Shown here: positions 1-14,114 of the stretch, in pieces
Layout of the letters: each line of letters begins with the position of its first letter
Numbering within the stretch: the stretch's first letter is position 1
Origin: Octopus vulgaris
Taxonomy: Eukaryota
Length of the DNA stretch: 64,000 nt
Assembly (NCBI GenBank): GCA_951406725.2
Contig: OX597825.1
Span: forward strand, 50,344,001 to 50,408,000
Direction: 5' to 3'
Program-made: the position numbers and the translations under genes
Notes under the pieces: generated by a model
Told to the model about the DNA's origin: nothing
What the model saw: only the letters and a program-made list of their open reading frames with translations
Database searches by the model: none

Positions 1-59
1 ACCCTATAAACAGGACTTCACTAATAATAAATATGTATACACACACACACACACACAAC

Positions 60-202
60 AGCTTCTTTCACTTTCCAAGTACCAAATGCACTCACAAGTC
101 TTTGGTTGATTCAGAAATATAAAATTCAGCTTGGGACTTGCCTAAGCTACCATGCAGTGCACTGAACTGGAAAGCATACTTCCTAACCACAACTATGCCT
201 GC
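60..202 (-). mobile_element. tRNA-type SINE family A, decayed 5' part
   Basis: Reverse-complement similarity to the head of the copy at 2364-3045. Confidence 0.6.
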
Positions 203-1109
203 ATACACATACAGCCATACACAAATCCACGGGTGGTGATTGCTGCATTTACACAGATGATTACAATCTTCATGTGCTTTCTCATTGTCAACAGTGTTTC
301 TGGTTTTCCATCCATAACTCATCAGATGACAATTCAGTCTCACCGCAGATCTGCATGTCTTGAAGCAGAGGCAACAGACAAAAGTTGAAATTTACTGAGC
401 ACTTCCAGTTGGTTACATCTGCACACATTGCCAGTCTCCCATTGCCAAAAGGTTTTGAATAACTGACAAAGGAGGTCACCATAAAGAGACACCTGTACAT
501 CATTAGATTACAGTGATAAATGCTTGCACAACACAAATACCACTTTCTGAACCCTCTGTAATTAGTACTTGGAGACAGGTCAAAATGAGATGACCAGTAA
601 TCACATGAAACTGAAGGTTTTACATCATAGTAACCTTTTCATGAAGGATGCTGTGAGAACAGCAAGGTGACTCTCACTCCTGATGTTTTTACTGCACACC
701 CTGATACCAACCAGAGGTATTTCTGCATACCCATGCTCAGATAGATTGTCACAACACATGCTACTTAACCTAAAGCTGGGACCCTGACAGGTGCGACTAA
801 TCTGGGTCAGAAATGATCTGTAATATTGGCTAAGAGGTGATTCCCACAGCCCTCAAACCCCGAGGCTCATGAACCAGTACCCCATTACTGGATGCAGTTT
901 AAAATCATACCAAAGACATACATGCATACACTCATACTGACATCTAGTCATATCAATATATTTAGAGTTGTATATGTGTATAATTAAGTGGGAAATCCCA
1001 AACAAGGTATGAACCTTGGTTGACAAAGACTTAAACATACATTTGACCATGGACACACATGCATACTCTCATATATAATACATATAGACAGACATACAGA
1101 TAGACAGGC

Positions 1110-1149
<40 letters not shown>

Positions 1150-1849
1150 CCAAACATAGACAAACAGCAGAAAGCAGGACTATGCTGTATGGAAGAAGAC
1201 ATATTTCCTTACAACAGACACGATATGATGGTAACAATATATGTGTGTGTGTGTGTGTGTGTAAGTATGTATGTGTATATTATCTGTTGGCTGAGTAGAA
1301 TAAAGCAACCACATGTAATACAGGAAAGAACGTGATAATATATATACACAGATACATCTCTGGTAATTGTATTGAATAAAGTGAGAACTGACAGTGACAT
1401 AGAATTTACGCATTCCATTTATAATGTCAACAATAACCTTAACCTACACCGCCACCAAACCCTCACTAAAACCTGTATCCACATCACCAACAGCAGCACT
1501 ACTGCTGCCACAGAGAATATAATTAGCACAGTTAATTAAGACTTACTCAAGTGTTACAAATGATTCATCATCATCATCATCGCAAACACCTTTTAAGATC
1601 TATTTCTTCCAACTTAATACTTACAAAGTATTTCAACTCTCTGACTAACAGCCAACAACAATTATAACAATTACAACAGGAACAACAATAACAGTTACAT
1701 GAATCACTATTCAAATAGTAACAACAACAATAACATACTCTCCACAACACACACACAACAGGTAGTCTCTGTGTTGTTGCTTGACCTGCTAGAAAGAGCA
1801 GCTAAAGCACACTTAAGTTACAATATACTTTTGTCAATGTTTTTTTTTA

Positions 1850-2165
1850 TCTTTCTTTTTTCATTTCAGTCATTAGACTGAGGCCATGCTGGGGCACCAC
1901 CTTGAAGAATTTTAGTCAAATTAATCAACTTCAATACTTACCATTTTATTTTTATTTTTTAAGTCTGGTACTTATTCTATTATTTTGCTGAACTGCTAAA
2001 TTATGGGGACATAAACACACAAACACCAGTTGTCAACTGGTAGTGGGGGATGAACTCAAACACAAAATCACACACACATGTATATACGATAAGTTTATTT
2101 TAGTTTCTGTCAACCAAATCCATTCACAAGGCTTTGGTCAGCCTGAGGCTATAGTAGATACAACT
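1850..2165 (-). mobile_element. SINE family A, partial copy
   Basis: tttcagtcatt..ggccatgctggggcacc tail and aaatccattcacaaggctttggtc body, shared with other copies. Confidence 0.75.
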
Positions 2166-2363
2166 CTACCTATGGGGGGGAAAAAAAGACAATGAATAGA
2201 TGGGATGGTCAGCGATGGAATATCTTGAATCATAGGTCTGTTAGATCAAAGTTGGCAAAACAACACACACACAGAATAGAGCATACACAACACAATACCA
2301 TAGACACAACATTACACACACACACACACACACATGCAACACAACATGCACACACTACACATA

Positions 2364-3045
2364 GGCACAGGAGTGGCTGTGTGGTAAGTAGCTTGCTTAC
2401 TAACCACATGGTTCTGGGTTCAGTCCCACTGCGTGGCACCTTGGTCAAGTGTCTTCTACTATAGCCTCAGGCCGAACAAAGCCTTGTGAGTGGGTTTGGT
2501 AAACAGAAACTGAAAGAAGCCCGTCGTATATATATGTATACTAGCAGTATCGCCCGGCGTTGCTCAGGTTTGTAAGGGAAATAACTATAAAGTATTTTTA
2601 GAGAGTTATAGCCCAAAAATAGCCAAAAAATGGAAAAAAATTATGGTAAATTTTTTTTGAGATTTAAAAAAGGTGGAGTTGCGTCCCCTAGCCAGTTTGT
2701 GGTTCATGTTTCTGATTCTCGACGCCATGTCGAATTTATCGATTTTTTTCAAAAGCCGTGGTCAGGGTGAGGGTACAAGCAAACAGACACACAGAAACAC
2801 GCACAGACAAACTGTCGTTTATATATAGAGATATGTATATATATATATATATGTGTGTGTGTTTGTGTGTCTGTGTCTGTTCCCCCAACATCGCTTGACA
2901 ACTGATGCTGGTGTGTTTACATCCTTGTAACTTAGCGGTTTGGCAAAAGATACCGATAGAATAAGTACTCTTGGGGTCGATTTGCTCAACTAAAAGCGGT
3001 GCTCCAGCATGGCTGCAGTCAAATGACTGAAACAAGTAAAAGAGT
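2364..3045 (+). mobile_element. SINE family A, full length, interrupted by a Helitron in its central microsatellite
   Basis: Head ggagtggctgtgtggtaag (A-box-like) and ggttcagtcc (B-box-like), ccttggtcaagtg body, central (TA)/(TG)n, tail gctccagcatggctgcagtcaaatgactgaaacaagtaaaag; about 10 copies in the window. Confidence 0.85.
2541..2831 (-). mobile_element. non-autonomous Helitron
   Basis: Minus strand starts TC and ends CTAG, inserted between A and T, with a GC-rich subterminal hairpin (+ strand cccggcgttgctcagg); related copy at 44361. Confidence 0.75.
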
Positions 3046-3263
3046 ACACAGTAAACACACAGACACATGCAACACAACATGCACACACTACATAGTAAAC
3101 ACACACAACAGAACATAACAGCACAATGAACCCAAATAATCAACACTACACAACCTGCAAATACAAATATTTCCCCCATAATCCTCACACAAAACACAGG
3201 CAATGATTTTGAAAAATGATAGTAAATAAATTTTCAAATCTAGATTTTTTATAACATTTCTCT

Positions 3264-3488
3264 TTAATCTTTCAGCATTTAAATTGACCGTATCTGGCTA
3301 AAATACTCTACTTGTTTTATGTTCAAACTGGACAGATCTGGCATGTCACACCTGCCTGAAAATGTAATTCTAATAATAAGCAATTACATCAAAATGTCAA
3401 AGCTACAAGATAATGCATTATTAATTCAAAATAATGAGAATAAATAAGCATTATATTTGATAAAATAACATGCACCCTGAAGGATTAG
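3264..3488. mobile_element. decayed TTAA-type (piggyBac-like) MITE
   Basis: Ends ttaatctttcagcat and ctgaaggattag are imperfect inverted termini. Confidence 0.45.
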
Positions 3489-3839
3489 TATACCACATTA
3501 AGGCAGGGATGGTAGTGGAGGGAACAACATCACAGCCACCATTACTATAACCACTGGTTATCTACACAGAATGCATGTGAGTCTTAAAGTGAATGGGGAA
3601 TGGGGGTAGCTGAACATGTGTGTGTATGTATGTTCATGTGTGTGTGCATGCATGCGTGTGGTTTCAAAACCTTATATCTGCCAGCAACAGAGAAATGGTA
3701 TGATTACAAAATTAGAGAATCTTGCTTAAATCATGGATAATTCTCATTTGCCAATGGGGGCAGAGGGAGATGTAATAATTAGACAGAGGATTACTATGGA
3801 ATTGCTATCAGGAGGTAAATGATCTGATAAACACTAGAA

Positions 3840-4130
3840 TAACTACTAACAGGGTAACCACTATGTTAACTGCAAAGTAAGCAACTAAATGATTTCCTAT
3901 AAAGTAATTAATTGATTAACTAAGGTAACTTTAAGTCAACTACATGGTAACTTGTATGGCAAATACTGGGTTAATAAGATAACTTATAGGCTAACTATAA
4001 TGTAACTAATGGGTTAACTTCAAGATAATTACTCTCAGTTAAAAGGTTTGCTATAGACATTGTGTTAACATAAGGTTACTAACGGGTTAACTATAATGTA
4101 GTATCTACTGGGTTAAGGTAACCACAAGAT
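3840..4130. repeat. degenerate minisatellite (ggtaacta/gggttaac motifs)
   Basis: Recurrent taactact, gggttaac and aggtaac units. Confidence 0.55.
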
Positions 4131-4446
4131 GAGTAGATAAAATATTACATTAACAACTCATAGTTCAGCAGTTCAGTGTCATTGTAGGTAGTTTATTGTA
4201 TCTGGACAGGACATATTCTTCATTGTCTCAGTTCATATGATTGTTGGAAATAGGTAGCTTTGAAAGTAGGAACCACATTGTTTGGAAATCAGAGAAATTG
4301 GTGGATTATCCCACCCACTTTGTTTCTATCTAAACCTCAAAACATTATCATGAGAACTAGATCTCTCTAGTGGTAAGAGCACATAGTTAAATTTAAAGTA
4401 TGAAGGTAGTGCTCCACAGTCACAAAGTCATCCCACCAAGAAATAC

Positions 4447-4645
4447 TGATTTCAAATTTTGGCACAAGGCCAGCAATTTCAGGGGTGGGGTTAAGTCAAC
4501 TGCATTGACCTAAGTGATCAACTGGTACTTATTTTACCGACCTGGAAAGGATCTCAGTGGAATTCGAACTCAGAACATAAAGAAAGATGATATGTCACTA
4601 AGCACCTTGCCTGCTGCACTAGTGGTTCTGCCAGGTCACTGTCCT
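4447..4645 (-). mobile_element. SINE family B (about 200 bp)
   Basis: tttcaaattttggcacaaggcc...ctggtacttatttt...gaactcagaac...ctaagca, shared with many copies in the window. Confidence 0.75.
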
Positions 4646-6929
4646 CACACTCCACAAAGAAATATTTTAAAGAAGAAAACTAATGACAAAGTATGAGATC
4701 ATTTCAGGTAGAAGTTTAGAAAGAACAGACTTACCTAAACAACGATGATTAAGTGAAATAGTCAAAGCCACCTCACTGTCTTGTTAAGTAGGTCATAATA
4801 AGCAGAACGCTAAACAGGGCCAGCAGCAATATGGAATGATATCATCATATTTTGCCAATACAAATATACATATATATAAAATAATATTACTTCGAATGAA
4901 ACAGTTCTTCTTTTGTGTTAAAAATACATTTAACTAATGCTTCATATAAATTTAATATTTTTATAAGCAGTAATTTTTTTTTTAAGGAGAGATTATCAAT
5001 ATTGTTTGAAGACCTAGATAATCCCATAATTAACGTCACAATTATAGCTTTAAAATTAAAAGGGAAACTGCATTTAAACACATTAAGGTAAATCTCACTG
5101 TTGATGACTAATTAGTGAAGAGAAAAGGGGTTAGTGCTTAAAGTCAGAAAACTGTTAAACCTAACATTAAACAGACACTTGTTTACTTTTAGGTACCCTT
5201 TTTTTAAGGTATTCAGTTTCAGGTGAACATTTCCTTTTATTCTATAATCACATCAGGGGTCACTCACCTCAGTTTAATATAACATAGAGGTAGCAACTAA
5301 ACTGTACCTCAGATCACACCCTATTGTCTTCAGTAAGGATTACCACATTAAACCATACAGCTCTACCAAAATATTAAAGTAACCCAAAATGGTCATGGAT
5401 GGAATGCTTTAGATAGTCAGTCTCTTCAGTCAGAGTTAAACAAGAACATGAATCATTTTACTCCACATGAAATAACCCACTTCTGGTGACAAGGAATGAA
5501 TGCAAGACACCTAATTCTGAGTTCAGAATTGTAAGACATTATGATCTTCAATTAAAGTAAAAAAAAATGTCAGGAAAAGCAGAGAGTGAAACAAGAACAG
5601 AATACCCTTGAGGATCAAATAAAGTGTTAGGTTTGAAATTTCAATACAACATCTGAGTTCAATACAAGACACTCAAAGATGGCTGGAGTGTGCAACAGTC
5701 CAAATATAATGAGGTGTAACAATCTAGATAAGGACACCAATCTAGCTAATATAAACCATCTTTTATGATTATATCTTACTTTGCTCCTAACATTGTCAAT
5801 AGAGTATGGAATGTAATAAACATTTGGCTTTATAACAGGTGGCAGTTTAACAGATGATGATGATTGCAATAATGATGGTGACAACGATGATGATGATGAT
5901 GACAATGCTAGTGGTGGCAGTTGTGGTGTGGTTGTATTGTTATATAGTCGGTTGGTATAGTTGTAGTTGTGTTGTTGTATAGTCAATTATGTGTCTATGT
6001 TGTTTAGTTTGTATAATTTGCATTGCACAACCTGTTTTGTTGTTTGTGTAATGTAGGCAGGTTATGCTATTTGTATTGTATTGTGTTGCTCTGTTGTATG
6101 GTCTGTGCAGTGTTGTTTGCATTATGTAGTTTGCATAGTTTGTGTTGTCTATGATGTGTAGTTTTGTGTTGGGGGAGTAATCTTTATAAATGTAGGGAGA
6201 GTTAACATAAATCTTTTTTCATCCAGAACAAGGAATTTTCTCACATTTATTTTTTTAACGTTCCATAGATTTCTTCAGAAAGATGTCAAAGGTCATCCAT
6301 TTATTGAAGATGCCCACACCAAGACTATGAGTCTCAAGAGAAATGACAATGCTGACGATGTCTTCGCTAGAAATTTTGGAAGGTTGTTTCCCCAATAAAT
6401 TCATCATGTTTTTGTTTCTTTCACAAAAAAATTTCATTATTTCTGAATTTCTGGTGTTTAATTTCACTCTAATAATCCATCAATTTATTGATATTTACTA
6501 TGACAAGAGAATCAATCTTCAGAGTTTAGTATTCTTGAACCAATATGGAGGGTATTAAAAATTTGACAACTGCTACCCCTGATACTACCACCATTACCTC
6601 TGTTACTGCTATCATCAGCAGCAGCAGCTGCATTACAATCAGCAGTAGTAAACTGATTCAAAAGTAATCTGGTGTGGGTGAAATGAGCATTTTATCTAAT
6701 TATAAATCATTATTTTATGAGAAATACATATCAAATGATAGGGGAGAAAGAGAGAATGAGTGAAACCTTTTTGAGTAAAGCTGAGCCAGTTTTGATTTCA
6801 GCTTTATACTACTGAGTAGGCAAGAATGTCATTTAATCCTGTAATTATTTGGTTCTCTGCATAAAGGAAAAATAACATCAAAATTACTGTTGTGTCCCTT
6901 TTTTTCTTTATTCCTTGAACCAAGGAATC

Positions 6930-7130
6930 TCTGACCAAACATACAGATGACCCCTCATCAGATGAGCCCTGATCAAGATCACCTGTCCCAGGTGATCTCT
7001 GATTGCGCAGACCTGTTCCTGGTGATCCTTATCAAACAGATCAGCCTCGAGTGACCTCTTATCAAGCAGACCTCCCCTGTGTGATCCCTGATTAAGCAGC
7101 CGTGCTCTTATCAAGCTGACTTATGATCAA
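6930..7130. repeat. degenerate minisatellite, unit about 25 bp
   Basis: Repeated gatccctgatcaagcaga-like units. Confidence 0.55.
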
Positions 7131-10049
7131 ATGCACTTCACACATGACCATCCTGTTTTCATAGATATCCAGGACTATATTGTCCACTGTGTCTTTCCAT
7201 ATTTTTTAAGATGGTAGGGTGCAATTCAATGAAAATATGGCTGCTATTTCTACAGGCTGAATGAGCAAATAAAGGACTCAGAATACAGTAAATTTGGTTT
7301 CAGCCAACAACTGTAACACTGTTAGTGATATTGGATAATCAGATTAGTAGAAATGTTGTAACCTTTGGGAATTTATCTATGTCTTTTTACATATGAAACC
7401 AGATCCTGACAAAGTGAAATAGGTCTTTCATCTTTCCAAATGGGCTTACAATAACTCTTGGTAATATGCTTGAATCAATTCAATCGACAACACCCCTCTT
7501 CTAAAAGTTAGTGATTTTTTAGTGATGTGAAAAAACCATTATTAATATAACAATTCTATAATAATGGTCTGTTTCATAAATGTGGCAAATTATTCCAAAA
7601 TATTTGTGCGTTTATTGAGTATATATGATATGTAATTATTGAAGACATAATACAAGTACTCTGTATTACACAGAGACTCATAAATGACTGATATTACTCC
7701 TGTACTTATAAAATACTCTAGTCTCCTCCTCTTTCTCTGGCTTTAGTAATTTACTTCTGTCTATCTATATATCCATCACAATGTCTATCTATATCATTTT
7801 GTTATTACTGCCTTCACCTGTATCTCCACTGCCACCAGCTTCACTGTATAACTTTACAGTGTCTGTCTAAGTTTCTATAAATTGTATTTTTACAGATGGA
7901 TGCATTCAATAGACTAGTGCACCTACATCTGATATGGTGCTAATCTTACACCCCCACTCACACATCCTAGACCCTCAATACAGCATTGCTCTCACATTGA
8001 TGCCAATGCTACTGTGACACACGTAGACACTGAAGACCAATGGAAAGCTATGTGTTTGAGTGATATAAATTCACTCACCAATAAACTCTAAACTAAGGCA
8101 CTAAGCATACCATGTCTCCTCTTTCTCCTTTTCTCAACTACTAGAATTGTCTCTGCTCTTTTTAGATAACTGGTCTCATGCCACATCACTCAGACATTTA
8201 TATCTTCTCTTCTTCGGGTGCCACACTCACACTATGACCCACTCCTTCCTTCCTTCCTTCCCACATGGTTATCCTTCTGGAATCCTCTTTCATCAACTAG
8301 CAGGCAGAGGAACATTAACTACGTCTGTCAGAGAATTTCAAATAGTAAGAGTACAACCCCTTTCCACAGAGTACAAGAAATCACAAATGTCAATCTCACT
8401 GGTATTGAATGGCCTGAGAACTTCAAGTAAAGAATTTTGTGGGCAAGAAGCAAGAAAAACATGATAACAATGGTGTGAAAGGAACAATAGAAATTGGAGA
8501 AAAACACTGTAATAAATGAAACTGGAGTAAGTCTGTGCTGGTAGGAAAACATGGGAAAATGAAAAAAGACAAAATACTAAATAGAAAACAGCAGCAATTC
8601 ACAAATGTGTGAAAATCTAAGAACGTAAAGTGAGGTGATGTAGATAACTATATTGAATTACTAAAATGTGAATTGATATATAAAATAATTACATTTAATG
8701 ACTGACATGTTAATTGATATATGAAAAAGATAATTATATTTATAAAGTAAAATGTTAATTGATATATAATTATATTTAATGACTACAATGAATTTTAAAT
8801 ATTTTTAAAATGCTATAGTTTTAGTTCATATAATTAGAAGCAAACCTGTAACACATTTAAAGTTACAACCAAGAAATCTTTAATTAACCCAGACATCAAC
8901 TTGAATTACTAATTACTTATTACTATTATTATTGTAACAGGAATTATTATTTAATCAAAACATATACTGAATTATTAAAGCATCCAGACATCAATCTGAA
9001 TTATTAATCAATCCAGAGATCTACCTGAATTCTGATAAGAGAAATATTGGATAAATGCTTAAATCTCTTCAAGATAGGCAAGAGAGACAATTCCAGATCT
9101 CAAGTAATCAAAATAATTGGAATGTTGATTAATTAAGACAGGGAAATATATTTTATATGGGGAAGATATATTTAATTTTTAGCAGAAAAGAGACAACTCA
9201 CAACATATTTTGATATTATTAGATATGATTGCAAAACCCATTATAGTATACATTAATATTTACATGGAATTTTATGTGGCAAAATATAGAAAGAATATTG
9301 GCTAATGTACTTTGCTGCAGCAAAATGGGAAATGAATCTGAACATGTTCTTCATATTGGAACCCTTCAATAGACTCACTGGAAACTTACAGATTATTGAC
9401 AAATAATAAAATTGTTAAGTAAACAAAGAGAAAAATATATTCATTGGGTGGAAAGTAATGGAATTATGAAAGCATTAAACAATTGTGGCACACCATCGAG
9501 ATAAATAACTACTACACTGTGGCATATACATCCACCACCCCATGTGCACGCACACACACACACACATACACAGGTTTTTAAAGCAATAAAAAGTGAAAGT
9601 AAGATTCAACAGTAAAAAAAAATAAAATATTGATTTCTAAAATAGAGAGGCTATCAGATATTCACATATTTTGCAATGAAAATGTTCTGTGTCAACCCCA
9701 GTATTTTACTGGTTATTTATATCAATGACTCCAGAAAGACAAAACAAAGTGAATTTCTGCAGATTTTAGTGGAATCATTAAATTCATTTTAACTGATGTT
9801 AAGTAGGGTGGTAATATATCTTGCTGCATAAATAAAGTATATAAAACACATACACATGCAATTCCTCAGTTTCAAGTCTTGTGTAGATGCATTTTCCCAT
9901 GGGAAATGTTTAAGGATTAAGGGATAGAAAAGGGAAAACACAACAACTGAATATTTTATGATTTCCATCAAGTTACACTTCAAAATTAAACTTTCAGCAA
10001 GTGTTCAACCAGTAGGTATTTAGGCAGAAACATGTACTTACCTGTTTAC

Positions 10050-10086
<37 letters not shown>

Positions 10087-10232
10087 TACACATACACACA
10101 CACACATGCACAGAGGAATATACAAATACACTTTTTTATACAACTTGACATTAAAAATGAATGATTAAAAAAGAAGAGGAAACAAAATCTCAGGTAACAA
10201 AAGCCAATAAGAGTAGATAATCTGTGTTAAGT

Positions 10233-10246
10233 GTTGCCATGCCAAC
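10233..10246. promoter_or_regulatory. candidate RFX X-box
   Basis: GTTGCCATGCCAAC, one mismatch to the GTTGCCATGGCAAC consensus, in non-repeat sequence. Confidence 0.4.
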
Positions 10247-10662
10247 AAGAGAAGTCATCTTTGTTACAATAATGAAATCCCCTGTCCACTGGAGGCTGAA
10301 TGTTTACATTTATAAATCATCAACAACATTATATTACATGAAGTAAAACAGCGGCAGTGTTTTAATTCTCTCAGTCCTTCAACTGCTTTAAATCAAATAG
10401 GTTTAGCCCAAGCTAGAGCACTGACTATGTATTTGAATCATTCCATTGTAGGTTGATCTTTCTAAATACTGGGCAAACATGAGGAATGTGAGTCTTAGAA
10501 TGCAACAAAGAATAAATATTGCCAATATTCTTCTTCGTTGAATTGTAGATATTGACTTTAGATTGAAAGTAGAAAGTTAAAGTGTCATTTGGGAATTGAA
10601 ATGGAATCAACTTAACCATTATTTCTAACTTGCTTTTCCAATTTTTTTTTCATTCTCTACAG

Positions 10663-10866
10663 AGCCGGGAATAATAAAAGACAAATAATTAAAACAGAAG
10701 TTGTGAAACTAAATAAAACAGAAATAAAATCTAACACCCAGAGACAGTGATGAATTTTAAACTTCCAATATATAGCAGACACTATTTAGTATAGACATGT
10801 CACATGAAGATATGGTAATTTCAGATGAAGAGTATAAATTAATGAAGAGGTTATCAAAAGTAAGAG
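10663..10866 (+). other. candidate spliced exon of an unidentified host gene
   Basis: Branch-like TTCTAAC at 10623-10629, long polypyrimidine tract, CAG acceptor ending 10662; possible donors AAA|GTAAGA (10860) or GAG|GTAAGG (10867); ATG at 10797 reads MSHEDMVISDEEYKLMKRLSK. Confidence 0.35.
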
Positions 10867-11765
10867 GTAAGGAAAGTAAATTTTTTATATGAGATAATCA
10901 GTTCACACTTCATAAGTTTAAGAGCAAATGAAAAAGTCTAGAATCAAAGGACAGTAGTGATGGTGTGCACTGATAAAAACAGTGGATGAACTTAGGTCAA
11001 ACAGGGTAAGTCTGTGTGATGTGAAGGTGAATTATGAGGTGCTGGATATGGCCCTTTATTGAAGAAAAAGGAAATGAGATGGGAGGCTGCAAATGAAGTT
11101 GAGGTGGATCAGAATAAAGAAAAGTGGAAAAGGAGGTAAATGGACATTAAAGTAGATGGTGGATTCATTTTTGAAATGACTTAAAGAAAGAAATTAGTCC
11201 ATAGTTGTTCTGCCATTTATTCTAAGTGGGAGATGACATTTTTTTCATCAAACTGAAAAAAGAAAAATAACTGTGATGAAAGATGTTGAACTCCAGTTCA
11301 AATTGTCATAACATTAAACTGAGACCAAGATGTTAGATACTGACCAACTGATCATAACATGAAGCTAAGATCAAAAACTACTGACTAAATGGTGCTAACA
11401 TCAGAATTTACAGTCAGAAACAGCTTCAGCAAGAACTGTTAGATTTTTCTTTTGTAAGAAATAAATAGACAGACAGACAAACACATCCGTACATACGTAT
11501 GTACGTGCATACGTACGTACATGCATACGTACATACATACATAAGATATGGAAAGATAGAGTGATTGATTGGATTGGATTGCCTATGTTCAGTCCACTGC
11601 AGGAGTGAAGGCCTCAGCATGTCCTCTCCACCAACCAAGGTGAGATGCAGAGGCTGTGAATTTGAGATCAAACTGGTTTGATGAGCCTATACTGCCACAC
11701 TGGCTCTATATGGCTTGGAAAAGAGGTGCAGTTTTCTACTCTTACCCCGGGGTAATAAAGATGAT

Positions 11766-11920
11766 TAAATCAACCCCAGTGATCAACTGATTCTAAGTTT
11801 ACTGACCCAAAAAGGCTGAAAGACAAAGTTGACCTTGCTGGAATTTGAACTCAGAACATAAAGATGGATGAAATACTGCTAAGCATTTCTCCCAGTGTGC
11901 TAACAATTCTGCCAGCTCAC

Positions 11921-11925
<5 letters not shown>
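11766..11925 (-). mobile_element. SINE family B
   Basis: ggaatttgaactcagaacataaaga...gctaagcattt...gctaacaattctgccagctcactgcc. Confidence 0.75.
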
Positions 11926-11967
<42 letters not shown>

Positions 11968-12056
11968 TTGAATAAAGTTACAACATGGTCTTCGGATAAA
12001 TATATATATATATATATATGTTTACGTATGAACTAGAATCAATCTCTCGATGACTC

Positions 12057-12219
12057 TGAGATGTCTTACATCCAGCAATTTGAGAGTAAATGCACTCCAT
12101 CGTGCTATTGAAGCCACTGGAAAATACACAAAGTACATACATTGAGAGGTGTCTTACATCCAGCAATTTGAGAGTATATATACTCTGCCATGCTAGGGCA
12201 GCCACTGGAAAATACACAA
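12057..12219. repeat. two-copy tandem duplication, unit about 87 bp
   Basis: tgtcttacatccagcaatttgagagta...gccactggaaaatacacaa occurs twice. Confidence 0.8.
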
Positions 12220-12431
12220 TGTGTATACATTAAATATATGTAGTCAATTATATATGTAAGTATGTATGTACACACACACACACACACACATACATACACA
12301 TATATATATGTATGAGAGACAGAGAGAGTAATATTTTGGAAAGAAAAGAGTTTAATATTTGATTTCATATATAGTGGAAAACTAATATAAATAAAATTAT
12401 AAATCAATTATTCCTGCTTATGTAGGAACTA

Positions 12432-13724
12432 CGAGGGGCGTTCAATAAGTAATGCCTCTAACCCACTTGCAGTTGTTTGATCTAGCTGAAAATTTACATT
12501 CGCAATTATTTATATCTCTATAGATTAAGTGGCAAATTACAGCTCTGAACTAATTGTGGTTTCTGATATACAGGTGTTTGAACTGAGTCAAGTGTGAAAT
12601 GGAGCCTGTTGAGTGTCGAGCAGTGATCCGGTTTTTGTATTTGAAAGGACACACACCACGGGAGACTTTTGATGAAATGAAAGTAACTTATGGTGATGAT
12701 GCCCCATCATATGACCTTGTAACACGCTGGCATCGTGAATTGAAACATGGTTGGAACTCTGTGGAAACAGTTCCCAGATCTGGTTGCCCCCCCCTTCTGC
12801 CATTGATGAGGCATTTGTCCATCAAGTTGAGGCTGCCATTTTGGAAGATCGACGCATAACTATTCGCCAAATAGCCCATGAGGTCAAGTTTAGTACTGGG
12901 TCTGTGGAAACTATCATTCATGACCATTTGCATATGCAAAAGGTGTCTGCCAGATGGATTCCCAGGTTGCTCACACCTTTCCAGAAGCAAGAATGCGTCG
13001 AGTGCTCGAGGATGAATTTGGAGATGTGCCAAGAAGATGAGTCAAAATTTTTCAAAAGACTGATTACACAGGATGAAACCTGGGTCCATCACTATGATCC
13101 AGAGACCAAAGCCCAGTCAATGCAGTGGAAGCACTGTGACTCACCTCCTCCAAAGAAGGCAAGGGTGCAGCCCTCCGCTGGCAAGGTCATGCTCACAGTC
13201 TTCTGGGACCAGGACGGAGTAGTGATGACAGATTTCCTGGCAAAGGGTACCACAAGTACAGGAGCCTATTATGCTTCACTTTTGAGGAAATTAAGAGAAG
13301 CTATCAAAATCAAGAGGCGGGGCAAGATCAGCAAAGGCATCCTCCTCCTGCAGGACAACGCTTCGGTCTACAACTCGCGTGTCGCAGATTAGAAGCACAG
13401 GCGTGCGGCTATGAACTCCTACCCCATCCCCCTACTCTCCTGACCTTGCACCCTCTGATTTTCACCTCTTCCTAGCCATGAAGTTGTTTTTGAAAGGAAA
13501 GCGTTTCCCAGATGATGCAGCCTTGATTTCTGAAGTCACGTCGTGGTTGGAGGACCAAGCTGGGGTCTTCTTCAAAAACGGTCTCCAGAGTTGCATCAAA
13601 CGATGGGAGAAATGCGTAACTCTGGATGGTTTCTATGTAGAAAAAGACTAATAACTGTGCCAAGTTTCGTTGCTCTACTGCTATGGGAAGTGGGTCAGGG
13701 GCATTACTTATTGAACGCCCCTCG
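12432..13724 (+). mobile_element. mariner transposon, full length (1293 bp), irritans/Hsmar2-like
   Basis: Perfect 25-bp TIRs cgaggggcgttcaataagtaatgcc, TA duplication at 12430-31 and 13725-26, internal transposase. Confidence 0.95.
12599..13651 (+). pseudogene. mariner DD34D transposase with about three frameshifts
   Basis: MEPVECRAVIRFLYLKG HTH start, WIPRLL, TQDETWVHHY, LQDNA, YSPDLAPSDF motifs; frame breaks near 12790, 13390 and 13430. Confidence 0.92.
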
Positions 13725-14114
13725 TATTAATTTATAATTGTTCATCATAATTTTCCACTGTAATGATGCTTAGTAAAGTGGTAGGCTAACCACTACATTG
13801 GAAACTGACTGGATTATGATAACTTTTGTGGAGCTGTAACTCATGCAGTCAAACATCTAACTATACACACAAAATAAATATTTATATATACACTTACATA
13901 CGAAAGAGATAAATTAGATAAAATTTGTGATATTAATTATTAGTTTCAGTTTTGATTAAAACATCAGCTATTTCAGGGCAAAACATCTCACCACAGTTCA
14001 CCTTCATTTAGCATCTCTGACTGTTATTCACTCACTATCATTCCATTTCTCATTTTAGTCTCCCCTCTACCACTGTGACTGGATTGTGAAATACATTATG
14101 TTTCTTTTTATTTT

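Noticed and set aside
4730-4810. Minus-strand exon ending AG|GTAAGT
   Set aside because: Stops in all frames and only a modest acceptor. It could be a UTR exon but is unsupported.
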